64,000 nt of DNA from an uncultured Candidatus Poseidoniales archaeon (GTDB lineage Archaea > Thermoplasmatota > Poseidoniia > Poseidoniales > CAYMED01), in the NCBI GenBank assembly GCA_964389655.1, contig CAYMED010000008.1:22052-86051 (forward strand). The letters are read 5' to 3'. Of the stretch, positions 19,752 to 31,000 are shown piece by piece. The translations under genes and the position numbers were made by a program. The notes beneath the pieces were generated by a model, which saw only the letters and a program-made list of their open reading frames with translations, was not told the DNA's origin and made no database searches. Numbering within the stretch: the stretch's first letter is position 1; each line of letters starts with the position of its first letter.

Positions 19752-21149
19752 ATGGCACAAAAAGAATACAGAACAATTACTGATATCAAAGGACCTTTGG
19801 TCTTCCTAGATCGAACTGAAGCTGTTGCATATGGTGAAATTGTAAATTTACGCTTGTCAGATGGTACCATCAAAGCAGGACAAGTTCTAGATACATCTGA
19901 TGACATGGTTGTCGTTCAAGTGTTTGAGGGTACAGCGGGTGTTGACCGGCATACTGGTATCCGTTTCTTGGGTGATGTGTTTCGCCTACCTGTGAGCAAG
20001 GACCTCGTTGGCCGCATTCTTTCGGGTGCTGGAAGGCCTAGAGATGGTGGGCCAGACATCGTTCCCGAGCGGCAAGCAGACATTATTGGTGCAGCAATTA
20101 ACCCATATAGCCGGCGTAGCCCTGAGGAATTCATTCAAACCGGAATTTCAGCAATCGATGCCTGCACAACACTCGTTCGTGGGCAAAAGCTGCCGATCTT
20201 TAGTGCCAGTGGCTTGCCACACAATGATATCGCGCTTCAAATCGCTCGTCAGGCAAAACTCAAAGATAGCGATGAAGAATTCATTGTCGTGTTTTGTGCT
20301 ATGGGGATTACAGCAGAAGAGTATAATTTCTTCCGCAGTGACTTGGAACGGACAGGGGCACTTGAAAATGCAGTGCTATTTGTCAATTTAGCTGATGACC
20401 CTGCTGTGGAGCGGTTGATTACTCCCCGGCTTGCCCTTACTGCAGCAGAATATCTGGCGTTTGATCATGATTACCATGTTCTCGTTATTTACACTGATAT
20501 GACAAATTATTGCGAATCTCTGAGGCAAATTGGAGCAGCACGTGAAGAAGTTCCTGGTAGGCGTGGCTATCCTGGATACATGTATACTGATTTGGCTATG
20601 CTCTACGAACGTGCAGGGATTGTCAAAGGGAAAGTGGGCAGCATTACCCAATTCCCAATCTTGACAATGCCCGGTGATGACATTACACACCCGATTCCAG
20701 ATTTGTCAGGATATATCACCGAAGGACAAGTTGTGATAAGTCGTGAGCTGCACCAAAAAGGAATTTATCCACCAATCAATGTTCTTCCTTCTCTTTCTCG
20801 ACTAATGAATGCAGGAATTGGAGATGGCAAGACTAGAGAGGATCATAAATCGGTTTCTGACCAAGTGTATGCTGCATACGCTCAAGGCCGTGAACTTCGG
20901 GGCTTGGTTGCAATTGTTGGTGAAGATGCGCTCAATGAGCGAGACCGACAATTGTTGGCGTTTTCAGACATTTTTGAGGACCGCTTCTTGCGGCAAGACC
21001 GAGATGAAGATCGTAGCATTGATGAGACGCTTGGATTAGCATGGAATCTCCTTTCAGATATAGATACCAAATACCTTGTCCGCCTTGATCAAAAATGGAT
21101 TGAGAAGTATCACCCTAATGAGAGTACAGGTTCTAATGAAGAAGAGTGA
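19752..21149 (+). CDS. atpB: A-type ATP synthase subunit B
   Basis: [44 protein letters not shown]. Confidence 0.98.
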   Translation: MAQKEYRTITDIKGPLVFLDRTEAVAYGEIVNLRLSDGTIKAGQVLDTSDDMVVVQVFEGTAGVDRHTGIRFLGDVFRLPVSKDLVGRILSGAGRPRDGGPDIVPERQADIIGAAINPYSRRSPEEFIQTGISAIDACTTLVRGQKLPIFSASGLPHNDIALQIARQAKLKDSDEEFIVVFCAMGITAEEYNFFRSDLERTGALENAVLFVNLADDPAVERLITPRLALTAAEYLAFDHDYHVLVIYTDMTNYCESLRQIGAAREEVPGRRGYPGYMYTDLAMLYERAGIVKGKVGSITQFPILTMPGDDITHPIPDLSGYITEGQVVISRELHQKGIYPPINVLPSLSRLMNAGIGDGKTREDHKSVSDQVYAAYAQGRELRGLVAIVGEDALNERDRQLLAFSDIFEDRFLRQDRDEDRSIDETLGLAWNLLSDIDTKYLVRLDQKWIEKYHPNESTGSNEEE

Positions 21150-21176
21150 ATGGGGTTAAGTCCAATTTGGTGATGT

Positions 21177-21806
21177 ATGATGGCACTCGACATCAAACCA
21201 ACTAGGAGCGAACTACTAAACCTCGTTCGTCGCATTGAGCAAACCGAGAAAGGTTACAATCTTTTAAAAATGAAAAGAGATGGCCTTTTCCATGAGTTTC
21301 GTGAACTGCTTTCTGAAATGATTGAGGCAAGGGCCGAGCTCAAATCAACTTACGATGAAGCAGAGAGGGCCATTGGCCTTGCACTAGCAGTTAGGGGTGG
21401 CTTGGAAGTACGTTCTGCAGCACTTTGTTCTGGGGCAAAACCAACAGTTAATGTCGAGAAACATAACATCATGGGGGTTGTGGTCCCTCGAATAGAAGGT
21501 CAGAACCTTTCTTCTACAATTGTAGAGCGTGGCTCTGGATTGATTGATGGAAGTCCGTATGTTGATGAAGCCGCTGATGCATATGGGTCTCTGATTGAGA
21601 GAATTGTGAGAGCTGCAGAAATGGAATCTACCCTCAAGCGCTTGTTGCGCGAGATTGAGGCAACAAAACGGCGTGTTAATGCCCTTGAATTCAAGGTCAT
21701 ACCTGAAATGGAGGAGGCCCGTGATTTCATTCGGCTCAGGTTAGAGGAAATGGCACGTGAGGAAACATTCCGCTTAAAGCGCTTCAAGAATAAGGGCGAT
21801 GATTGA
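21177..21806 (+). CDS. atpD: A-type ATP synthase subunit D
   Basis: IKPTRSELL, GYNLLKMKRDGL, EIEATKRRVNALEF. Confidence 0.97.
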   Translation: MMALDIKPTRSELLNLVRRIEQTEKGYNLLKMKRDGLFHEFRELLSEMIEARAELKSTYDEAERAIGLALAVRGGLEVRSAALCSGAKPTVNVEKHNIMGVVVPRIEGQNLSSTIVERGSGLIDGSPYVDEAADAYGSLIERIVRAAEMESTLKRLLREIEATKRRVNALEFKVIPEMEEARDFIRLRLEEMAREETFRLKRFKNKGDD

Positions 21807-21859
21807 GCATTACATTATATCAAAACCATTTCCGCAGAATGGCTGCTGGAGGCGTCTGA

Positions 21860-24442
21860 ATGTCCGGTAATGAGTCGGTTGAAGATGCCCTTTCGCCGCT
21901 TGAAGTCGATGCTGAATTATGGGATGAAAATGACTTCATCGAAGAAATAATATCGCGCGATTGGGAACCTCTCGATCGTTTACGTGGTGATGTTCCAGGT
22001 TGGGCTATTGAAGCAATTGATGAGGATGTTGAATCGCGGCAAATTCGTCTTAGGTCATACCTCGAACCACTCGGGCTGATGCCTCGCCTTCGCCGCGGCA
22101 CAACATCTTGGCGAATTCGTATCCTTCCCTTGCCTAGGTCTCCTGCTATGGTGAAGGGTATTGTTCTCCTTTGTGCATGGGTTGCCAGCATCATTTGCTT
22201 GTTGGCGATGGGTGTTCGTTGGATTGCTATGCACAACGACGCACGATCTTGGATGGATCTTGATGTGTGGTTACAATCAGCCCTATTTTACACCACTCCC
22301 GTCTTGCTAGTTCTAGTTATTGTCGATAGATTAGATGCCACTTTTCACCGGCAAGTTGGGATGTCCCGTTCTGGCATGCTACCAATCCCTTGCCCAATCG
22401 CTTTGCCAGGATGGCCGTTTGGGTTGTTAGGTATGACTTCAGTACCTCGTATTGAAGCGCAGGTGTGGATGGACCGGAAGACATTGTTGCGTGTTTCTTT
22501 TACAACACCCCTCATCCTTCTATTCTCAGGTGTGATGGCAATATCGCTCGGAATTTACCTTACTCCATCTTTGCCGTCTGGAGTGCAAGGCGATGTGCTG
22601 AGAATTCCCCCTGTTATCTCTTCCATTTTTGGATTATTTCTGGGGGATGCAGAACTTGCTCGTCGCAGTGCTTGGGCACACCCGTTAGCCCTTTCTGGCA
22701 TGTTTTTCTTGATGTCTGGATGGATCTCTCTCCTGCCTCTACCTACTTTCCCAGGTGGCCGTTTACTCGTAGGGGTTCTTGGCCCTGAAAATGCCAATGG
22801 AAGGCTTGCACAAACAGTTCGTCTTGCGGCAATTATTTTGCTATTGTTAATGGTTCTACAGTATGGTGATGCTGCCGCTTCAGCGACAATGGTTTGGCTT
22901 GCTCTTGCCCTTATTGGCTTGACTCTAAATCATCAGTTTGGTTCTAACCCTGGAATTCCTCTGATGCTTGACCCAGACCAACCAGTTGCTTCAGAGGTCC
23001 GGTGGAGAGTTAGTGTTCTCTTGATCGTTGGAATTCTTGTTGCTTGTCCATCTTTGACTCCAATTAATGACTCCGCAGACCGAGGCAGCTTACTCGTCTT
23101 TGGTTCCTCCTCTTTCAATGTGGATGCCCAGGAGAATTCTACTGGCAGCCTTTTACTTCCCCTTGAGCAGCAGGGACTTACTTCATCTAGTTGGTACGTG
23201 AATGGGGCTGTTGACCCAATGCATGATGCTTGGAATTTGACTATGATTTGTCCAGGTAGCATGGAACATGTTGATTTGCACGTGGGTTGTGCAGGGGAGG
23301 ACCTTGCCCCCGGAAAAATTACTGAAATAGAACTTTCATGGATTACCCCCCCTGCTCATCAAGTTGCATTGAACCCAGTCATTGCATTGTTATTGGATGG
23401 TGTTCCCGCTAATCGGGTTGAAATCAATGTTAAGAGAGCATTTCGGAGTTTGTCTGTTGGTTGGGAAATGGCGACGAATCACATGGCCCCAACTCTTTCA
23501 ATGGAATTTCAGATGAGCGATACGCATGGTCACCTCAATCTCAGTTTACTCGATCCTGCTTGGAGTCTTGATATGAATTCACAAATAATTGATCCCTCAA
23601 ATTCAGTAATGTCCATCCGCGCAATTGGGGGTGCGGGAGCCATACATGGGCTTAATACAATTGACCGATACAATCGTCCACATTTTTCCTTAGATGGGGT
23701 TGCTGATGATGGGACACGCCTTTCTTGGTCCCTTCCCATTCTTGCGCCCCTGCAATCTTTAGCGACTAATTCAGAGGGGTTAGTTGATCTGCACCATGGA
23801 GACCTCACAAACGCAAGTTCTTGGGGGCGTATTCCGGCGCCAAGTTGGGCACTAGATGGGCACGTCATTCTCTCATCAGCAAATTTGAGTGATGTGCGTG
23901 ACGCCGGTTGTGGGCAAAACCCGCGCACACCCATATTCTCCTCGGACGGAATACACGTCCGTCCTAGTTCAATTCGGTCCACTACAATGCCGGGCCAGGA
24001 CTTCGTCAATCTCACTGTTGAGACGACTGGTTTGTCGGCTATGAGGGTCTGCTATGATCCTTCAAACCAGTCTCTTGAGCGTACCTTTTCGTTGCAAATC
24101 GCCCCTGCAATTGGTGTCAATGATGGACAAGGATGGCATGCAGCTTGGATCGGGCACCCAATTCTTGTAGATCCAACCACGTCCAATCACTCTGTCTCAT
24201 TTACTTTATTCAATCCCAGTTCAGAGAATGTTGAATTTAGAATTGAATCGATGGGTACTCTACAACTGATATCTGGGCGTGGATGGAATCTGGCGGATAC
24301 TTCACCGATATCAATTCCAGCACATGGTTCTATAGACTATGTCCTTCGTTGGTCACAAATTGAAACAGGAGATAGATTACGTGCTTGGCTTGATTTTGAT
24401 GAGCGTGGACCGCTGATCGCATTGACTGGTGAAGGGATATAA
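21860..24442 (+). CDS. Site-2 protease (M50)-like membrane protein lacking catalytic motifs, fused to a large beta-rich C-terminal region
   Basis: M50 scaffold is recognisable (PFGLLG, DRKTLLRVSFTTPL, HPLALSG..LLP...GGRL), but VDRLD replaces HExxH and PTFPGG replaces LDGG. Confidence 0.7.
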   Translation: MSGNESVEDALSPLEVDAELWDENDFIEEIISRDWEPLDRLRGDVPGWAIEAIDEDVESRQIRLRSYLEPLGLMPRLRRGTTSWRIRILPLPRSPAMVKGIVLLCAWVASIICLLAMGVRWIAMHNDARSWMDLDVWLQSALFYTTPVLLVLVIVDRLDATFHRQVGMSRSGMLPIPCPIALPGWPFGLLGMTSVPRIEAQVWMDRKTLLRVSFTTPLILLFSGVMAISLGIYLTPSLPSGVQGDVLRIPPVISSIFGLFLGDAELARRSAWAHPLALSGMFFLMSGWISLLPLPTFPGGRLLVGVLGPENANGRLAQTVRLAAIILLLLMVLQYGDAAASATMVWLALALIGLTLNHQFGSNPGIPLMLDPDQPVASEVRWRVSVLLIVGILVACPSLTPINDSADRGSLLVFGSSSFNVDAQENSTGSLLLPLEQQGLTSSSWYVNGAVDPMHDAWNLTMICPGSMEHVDLHVGCAGEDLAPGKITEIELSWITPPAHQVALNPVIALLLDGVPANRVEINVKRAFRSLSVGWEMATNHMAPTLSMEFQMSDTHGHLNLSLLDPAWSLDMNSQIIDPSNSVMSIRAIGGAGAIHGLNTIDRYNRPHFSLDGVADDGTRLSWSLPILAPLQSLATNSEGLVDLHHGDLTNASSWGRIPAPSWALDGHVILSSANLSDVRDAGCGQNPRTPIFSSDGIHVRPSSIRSTTMPGQDFVNLTVETTGLSAMRVCYDPSNQSLERTFSLQIAPAIGVNDGQGWHAAWIGHPILVDPTTSNHSVSFTLFNPSSENVEFRIESMGTLQLISGRGWNLADTSPISIPAHGSIDYVLRWSQIETGDRLRAWLDFDERGPLIALTGEGI

Positions 24443-25374
24443 TGCGTGTTGGGATTCTTGGTGCTGGTGCGATAGGAACTGTTTTCGCGGCCGCCCTTTC
24501 GGAAGTTGCAACTAGTGTCTCAATCCTTGCTCGAGAGCCTCAGGCGTCTTATTTGGAAGTAGAGGGTCTAGAAATGACCTTCTCAAATGGGGATGTCCGA
24601 AGATACCCGCCTTCTTCATGGTCGATCCTACGCCCGGGTGACTTGGCTCCTGAAGTCGACCTTCTTCTCTTATCTGCAAAAGCTTCCTCAACACGTGAAT
24701 TGGCACCAATTGCATCACAGTGGCTTGCTCCCTTGGGCTATGTGATCAGTTTGCAAAACGGTCTTGGCCATGCGCACCAACTTGGACTACATTGCGGCCA
24801 TTCTCGGGTGATCCCGGCCATCACAACACATGGAGCTAATCGCCAAGGCCCGGGCCACACTCATTGGGCAGGGGTGGGGGAAGTTATTCTAGGAAACAGC
24901 GGGGAGTCTCCAAGTGATGCTATGCAGCCAATTCTTGACTTATTTGCCAAAGCATCTTTGCATCCGCGATGGTCCACGTCCATTGATTCTGAAATATGGT
25001 TGAAATTGATTTACAATGCTGCAATCAATCCTATTGCCTCGATTTGTGGGATTACCAATGGTGAGATCCTCTCGTCCCCTGATTTACGCGCATGCGCATC
25101 ATCTATTGTGCAAGAAGCAACACGAATGGGGCATTTACATGGGGCTGACTTGCCTCCCTTGCTTGAAATTGAAGCGGGACTTGATCATATTCTCACTATG
25201 ACTTCAAACAATGAATGCAGCATGCTCCAAGATTTGAAAGCGGGCCGAAAAACGGAAATTGAATCTATTTGTGGGGTTCTTATTGAGACATCGGAAGAAC
25301 ACGGTGTTCCTATTCCGACCCTGCGTGCGGTATACGCGCTTGTGCGAAGTCTTGAAGCGGGCATATTGGTCTAA
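24442..25374 (+). CDS. panE: 2-dehydropantoate 2-reductase
   Basis: MRVGILGAGAIG, SLQNGLG, WLKLIYNAAINP, SMLQDLKAGRKTEIESICG. Confidence 0.93.
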   Translation: MRVGILGAGAIGTVFAAALSEVATSVSILAREPQASYLEVEGLEMTFSNGDVRRYPPSSWSILRPGDLAPEVDLLLLSAKASSTRELAPIASQWLAPLGYVISLQNGLGHAHQLGLHCGHSRVIPAITTHGANRQGPGHTHWAGVGEVILGNSGESPSDAMQPILDLFAKASLHPRWSTSIDSEIWLKLIYNAAINPIASICGITNGEILSSPDLRACASSIVQEATRMGHLHGADLPPLLEIEAGLDHILTMTSNNECSMLQDLKAGRKTEIESICGVLIETSEEHGVPIPTLRAVYALVRSLEAGILV

Positions 25375-26987
25375 TTTTGCACATGATCAAGGTTATAATG
25401 CAACCCTATGTTTTGTTTCCTGTTAGCTGCAGCATGTGCTATTTTTGTTGATATGAGTGCTAAATTTCTCAATTCAACCAATTCTTTTGTTGGTTTCGAT
25501 GTATGCCAGTGGCGCATGATTTCATCGTTAATATGCAGCAACCTTCGTTCCGCCCTTTCAAGGCGCTGAATCGTGCGAACAACCCCCACGTCTCTTGTCA
25601 TTGTTCTCCCTAAGGCCAAGCGGTCATGGATTAATGGGCCATGTGCTGTAAGGTGTTTGAGATCATCAGACCTCCAAAAGGGAAGCCTTCGATTTTTCTT
25701 TTTCCGCCTACTTTTTTTCGATAACAAACGCACTAACCTTCGGGCAAGAACTACTGCTTCAAGCAGACTATTGGATGCGAGTCGGTTAGCGCCATGGAAG
25801 CCACTACAGGCAACCTCGCCTATGGCATATAATCCCCCAATAACTCTGTTACCTCGGGTGGAAGTGAATGAGTTTAGGGTCTCTGCTTGCCAGACACCTC
25901 CGTCTTGATTGACATCAATACCCCCTACTGAATAGTGTGCTGCGGGGGTGATCGGTATTGGGTTGTCACCTAAATGAAGCCCATGCTTGGCTAGATGGCT
26001 GGCAGCAGTTGGAAATTGACGTTGAAGATCTCTTTGGTCGAGGTGACTGGTGATTAGCCATACTTGTTCATCGCCTGTTTTAGTTAATTCTAGGTCGATT
26101 GCTCGTGCAATAATGTCCCTTGTTGCTAGCCGCCCTCTTTCGTCATGGCGCTTTAGGAATGAATATGATTCAGGATCGCCTTTAGAACCCCATGCGACCA
26201 AGTCCCGTTCTGAAAGGATCGAGGCGCCTTGCCCCCGCATTGCTTCGGTCAGCAGAAAAGGCCTTTCTCCAGGTAAGTGAAGGACTGTTGGATGGAATTG
26301 TATGAATTCTAAATCCCGTGTGGCTGCCCCTGCGCGCAAGGCGAGGGCAATCCCATCCCCTGTTGAGACAGTAGGATTTGTCGTACGTTCAAAGACTTGG
26401 CCAAGGCCGCCTGTTGCTAAAATGACGGAATCAGCATCCATTGCCTTGACCTGACCGTGGGGATCTAATGCCCACACACCACAGACGTTTCGCAAATGCG
26501 AGGTTTTTTCCTCAAGGATCAGGTCAATTACCATCGTATTCTCCATTACTTCGACTTCACTCATTTCGATCCTTTCGGATAGTGACCTTTCGATTTCTGC
26601 GCCAGTTCTATCTTGGTGGTGGAGTATTCTTCTTTGCATGTGCCCACCTTCTAGGCTTAGATCAAATTCCCCGTGCTGGTTTGTGTCAAATTGAGCACCC
26701 CCTTCGATAAGATATTGGACAGCATCAGCAGCTTCCCGGATAACCATCTCTACGAGTGTTCTGTCGTTATGCCCGCATCCAGATTGGATGGTATCCTCCA
26801 CATGATCCTGAATTGCTTTGTCATCGTCTGGGTTAAGTATCGCTGCGATACCGCCTTGTGCCCAATTTGTTGATGAATGCTTGAGGTCTGACTTGGTGAT
26901 GACAGTTACGTCACGCCCTTGTTGGGAACACCCTAAGGCCACGGTCAAGCCGGCGATGCCCGAACCAACGACAACGATCTTGCCCAT
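25371..26987 (-). CDS. nadB: L-aspartate oxidase
   Basis: VVGSGIAG, STNWAQGGIAA, LEGGH..RRILH, EFIQFHPT, HGANRLASNSLLEA. Confidence 0.95.
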   Translation of the reverse strand: MGKIVVVGSGIAGLTVALGCSQQGRDVTVITKSDLKHSSTNWAQGGIAAILNPDDDKAIQDHVEDTIQSGCGHNDRTLVEMVIREAADAVQYLIEGGAQFDTNQHGEFDLSLEGGHMQRRILHHQDRTGAEIERSLSERIEMSEVEVMENTMVIDLILEEKTSHLRNVCGVWALDPHGQVKAMDADSVILATGGLGQVFERTTNPTVSTGDGIALALRAGAATRDLEFIQFHPTVLHLPGERPFLLTEAMRGQGASILSERDLVAWGSKGDPESYSFLKRHDERGRLATRDIIARAIDLELTKTGDEQVWLITSHLDQRDLQRQFPTAASHLAKHGLHLGDNPIPITPAAHYSVGGIDVNQDGGVWQAETLNSFTSTRGNRVIGGLYAIGEVACSGFHGANRLASNSLLEAVVLARRLVRLLSKKSRRKKKNRRLPFWRSDDLKHLTAHGPLIHDRLALGRTMTRDVGVVRTIQRLERAERRLLHINDEIMRHWHTSKPTKELVELRNLALISTKIAHAAANRKQNIGLHYNLDHVQN

Positions 26988-27077
26988 ATTGGCGTTTGCT
27001 AGGGGTGCGTGGTTCAATCCTGCGATGGCTTGTTCGCCCGATACGGCTATGGGTGCACGCTCTTGTCCCCCCCTTAG

Positions 27078-27905
27078 ATGGGTGTTCTCCGCGTACTCGG
27101 CGTCGTGCTTGGCCTTGGCCTTGCAGCCATATCAATCCTCAACGTGATGGGCTTTTTAGCCGTCGATGCAGAGGGTGGCCCCATCAAAATTGATCTGTCT
27201 GTTGCCAGCGAATGTTTCAACTCAAACGACGTGAGTGATTGCGCCACCGCCCCCGGCCTATTTCAGGCACCAGATATTGCACTCGTCCTTGTTGGCGCAC
27301 TATTGTTTTTCAAAGCCCTCTTGGGTAAAAAGAAAAGGAAAAAGGGGGCTGCTGTACAATCAAAGAAGAAAAGACGAAGGGGGCGCTTACAGATTGCAAT
27401 TGGCCTCACATTCATTGGAGTGGCTGCTTTTGATATGATGGGCATCATTCAACCCTTGATCTCAGGAAGGGCCGGGAGGACTTCCTTGCCTTATGATGAA
27501 TTATTTGGGATTCCCAATCTCCCTAGTTTCATTCCTTTGGACAAATTCGTCCAAATCCCTCTCCTTTTGATAGGGTTGCGCTTCTTTATCTCAGGTCGTG
27601 GAAATGTGCGCCAAGCCGGCCGCAGTGATACGCTCATTGGGATGGGTGCAATATCTGGGTCTGAATCATCAGGTAGACACTCACACCGAAAAAGTGACTC
27701 CAAATTGTTCAAAGGGAAATTGGAAAGCAAAGGAATAGATAAATTTGCTACTGTTGGTGACCTCCGGCGAGCATATGATATGGATATGCACACGGACTCA
27801 TTCCAAATTAGCACTACCGACAATGATGATGAGGTGGCTGGAAGGACGTGCCACTATTGTAGTGGTGGTGGTTGCAAGGAATGCAATTTCTCCGGTGAAA
27901 TTTAA
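27078..27905 (+). CDS. Hypothetical membrane protein with C-terminal CxxC-GxGCxxC Zn-finger-like tail
   Basis: Four hydrophobic segments, a Lys/Arg-rich loop, and the terminus CHYCSGGGCKECNFSGEI. Confidence 0.7.
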   Translation: MGVLRVLGVVLGLGLAAISILNVMGFLAVDAEGGPIKIDLSVASECFNSNDVSDCATAPGLFQAPDIALVLVGALLFFKALLGKKKRKKGAAVQSKKKRRRGRLQIAIGLTFIGVAAFDMMGIIQPLISGRAGRTSLPYDELFGIPNLPSFIPLDKFVQIPLLLIGLRFFISGRGNVRQAGRSDTLIGMGAISGSESSGRHSHRKSDSKLFKGKLESKGIDKFATVGDLRRAYDMDMHTDSFQISTTDNDDEVAGRTCHYCSGGGCKECNFSGEI

Positions 27906-27921
27906 TCGGCATATTGGTGTA

Positions 27922-27946
27922 CCCTCTCGAATCGATATTGAGAGGG
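27922..27946. promoter_or_regulatory. Inverted repeat upstream of smc (terminator or operator candidate)
   Basis: CCCTCTC(G)AAT-CGAT-ATTGAGAGGG: 10-bp stem with one bulge, in the intergenic gap. Confidence 0.35.
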
Positions 27947-28031
27947 GATTGCAAACGCATGCCTTATAGTCCAATGAATGACGCTAGCGTATTCGGGGTC
28001 GGGCAAGCCCTCCTCAAAGGATGGGAAGTGA

Positions 28032-31000
28032 ATGTATCTCTCGAACGTTGTTGTCGAGAATTTCAAGTCATTTCGCGGGACGACTATAATACCCTTTGAA
28101 TGCGGATTTACTGCAATCACGGGTCCAAATGGATCGGGGAAATCGAATTGTGGCGATGCGATTCAGTTTGTACTGGGCCCACGTTCATCGAAAAGCCTCC
28201 GTGCAGGTAGTGTGAGTGACCTTATTTTCAATGGAGGAGGTACACACCGTCCAGCAACTCATTGCTCAGTCTCGCTTATTTTCGCTAATCCAGTGCTTGC
28301 AGATGGAAAGCGCCGCCTCCCGCTTGACCAAGATGAAATCAAGTTCACGCGATCAGTGAAAATAGGGCGCAAAGGTCAAGCAACATCATCGTACCATCTT
28401 GATGGCCGTGTTTCAAGCCTAGGTGAATTCCGCCGTCTTCTTGCCTCCTCTGGTATACGGGCAGATGGGTACAACATCGTTCTCCAAGGTGACGTAACTG
28501 CTTTGGCCAATATGGGAAGTGTTCCACGCCGTAGGGTCTTGGAAGAAATTGCAGGAGTAACTGCCTATGACCAAGAGATCACAAAGGCCAACCGCCAAAA
28601 AAACAAGGCTGAAGCATCCATCACACACCTAGAACTTCTGCATCATGACCAATGCCAGCGTCGAGATGACTTGAAATCAGAGAGAGAATTGGCCCTGAAG
28701 CACAAAAAATTGCATGATGATCTAGCAGATGCGCGCATCACACACCTCTGGGCACGCCACCGCGCCAAATTTGAAGAAATTGAATTAACACTTGAACAGG
28801 TTGAAATTCAGCGCCAGCGGTCAGAATTCGAGAAAGAATCAGTCGATCAGGGGCACAAGGATCGCCTGAAACTGGACGAGAATCTTGCTCAGATCGAGAG
28901 ATCATTAGAGGAGATTTTGGGTCCAGACCACAAGACATTGACGTCTTCAATTAACAATCTTCGTGTACGTATTGATCGTGCCAAAGATCGCATAGATGAA
29001 GCAGAAGAGGCATCCCTCAGGGATGTTGCGGAGATGGAACGATTAGAAAGTGACAAGGAAGGAATTGTGGAGGAAATTGCGGAAGTCCGCAATTCAGCAG
29101 ATGAAGCCGAAGCAGCTGCCGTTAATGCAGCAGCTGCACTGAAAAAGGCCCTCGATGATGAGCAGTCGGCTAGGGATGCAGTGGATGCGGGCGATCGCCG
29201 AAGTCACGAACTTCTTCGCACCTTGGCTCAAGCCAATGAGGCGGTTGGCCTTGCAGAAGAAAATGTGGGAAAGGCTCGAGCAGAGTATGAGCGGGCTCAA
29301 GCGAGACTTGAATCAGTAGAGGCAGCCCTGGGTGAGGCAGAAGAGCGACTGGAGGACTTACGGCTTGATGTTGACGATGTTAAACACCGCCTTGAAGAAA
29401 TTGGGGGGGATACGCCAGCAGTTGACAAGAAGGCTCTCCTCTCCCGTCTCCAGCAGCTCCAAGAGGAAGATCGCTCTTTGTGTGCGCAAAGGGATGACCT
29501 TGATGCACGAGCGCGCAAAGCACGTCGGGATTTGGATGAATCTCAACGAGCAGCAACTAAACGCGGCGATGACCTTGGCGGCCAAAGCCCAGCAGTCCGC
29601 GCCATATTGCAATTAAGGGATGCAGGAGATGTGCGCGGAATCCACGGGACCTTGGGTGAATTGGCGGCCCCTCGTGACCCCTTGCATGAAGAAGCCCTAG
29701 CTCTCGCTTTAGGTGGTAGACTCAACAGCATTGTAGTCGAAGATGATGAGGTTGCAGCATCTTGTATCAAGTGGTTACGCTCAGCTCGAATAGGGCGCGC
29801 TACGTTCCTCCCCCTATCGAAATTAAGCCCCCTCCGCGATGGTGGCCGCGCCCAATTAGTTTCAAGAAAAGATGGCGTTGTTGGATTCGCTTGGTCATTG
29901 CTCCATATCGAGGAGCGCTTTTCAGTGGCCCTCCGACATGCTGTTCGGGACACACTTGTCGTCGAATCCACTTCAGTTGGCCGTACACACATGGGTGGCG
30001 TGCGTATGGTATCACTAGATGGTAGTGTCTTCGAACCAGGGGGTGCAATGAGTGGGGGTAAGGGTCCTAAATCCCAGCGTGCCTCATTCGGTGGCGACGC
30101 GCGCCGTAAACACGCAGTAGACGAATTTCGCAGTGAAGTTACTCGCTTGGAAATGGCACTTGATGCCATTTCCTCTGCCGTTGATGAAAACCGTGCGTCT
30201 CAACGAAAAGTTCGAGGGGATATACAAACTGCCTCTGCAGCCGATCTAAATGATGAAGTCCAAGAATTACGCATGCGTGCAGATTTACTGGAGAAGGACC
30301 GTCCCAAAGTCAATGCAGCAGTAGCCGCACGAAAATCTGAATTGGAGAAGGCAACGGCAGGTGTTGAGGCTGCTCTTGTATCTATTGATGAAGCAGAATT
30401 GGAAGTGGGGCAGTGCATTGAGGAACGTGAAGCCTCTTCTAAGGAAGTGCATGAACAGACACCGGAGCACCTTGCAACTCGCCTAAGGGCGGCCGAAGAG
30501 GCCCGTCTTGCTTCGCGTGAAGCGGGTGCGGAAGCAGATGCAGCGAAACTCAATGCAGAGGGGCGGATCACCTTGCTTGAGTCCGCAAAGTCTGATATTC
30601 AACGTCGCATGGACCGGCTTATTTCTGATTCAGAAACGCGAGAAAAACTTGTTGCAGAAGAAAATAGCGAACGTTCTGAAGCAGCTTCTGAGTTGGAAGG
30701 ATTAGAACGCCAACAATCTGAAATCTCGGAAGAAGCTGATGCTTTATCGGCCTCTCGCCTTGAAGCAGTTGAACGAAGAGCTAGAATTGAACAAAACATT
30801 CGTTCAGCAGAAGACCGAATGCGCCGGCATGATGAGAGTCGTATGGCCCTAGAGCAACGGATTTTAGCTCAGAGGTCGGAATTATCTGAACTTGATTCAG
30901 AAATAGAAGATGGGGAAATTGGTACGCCTCCTGCTGGTCTTGACCTTCCCTCAGTTGAATCGGCTAGGGACCGTGAGCGTCGATTATCTAGACAACTCGA

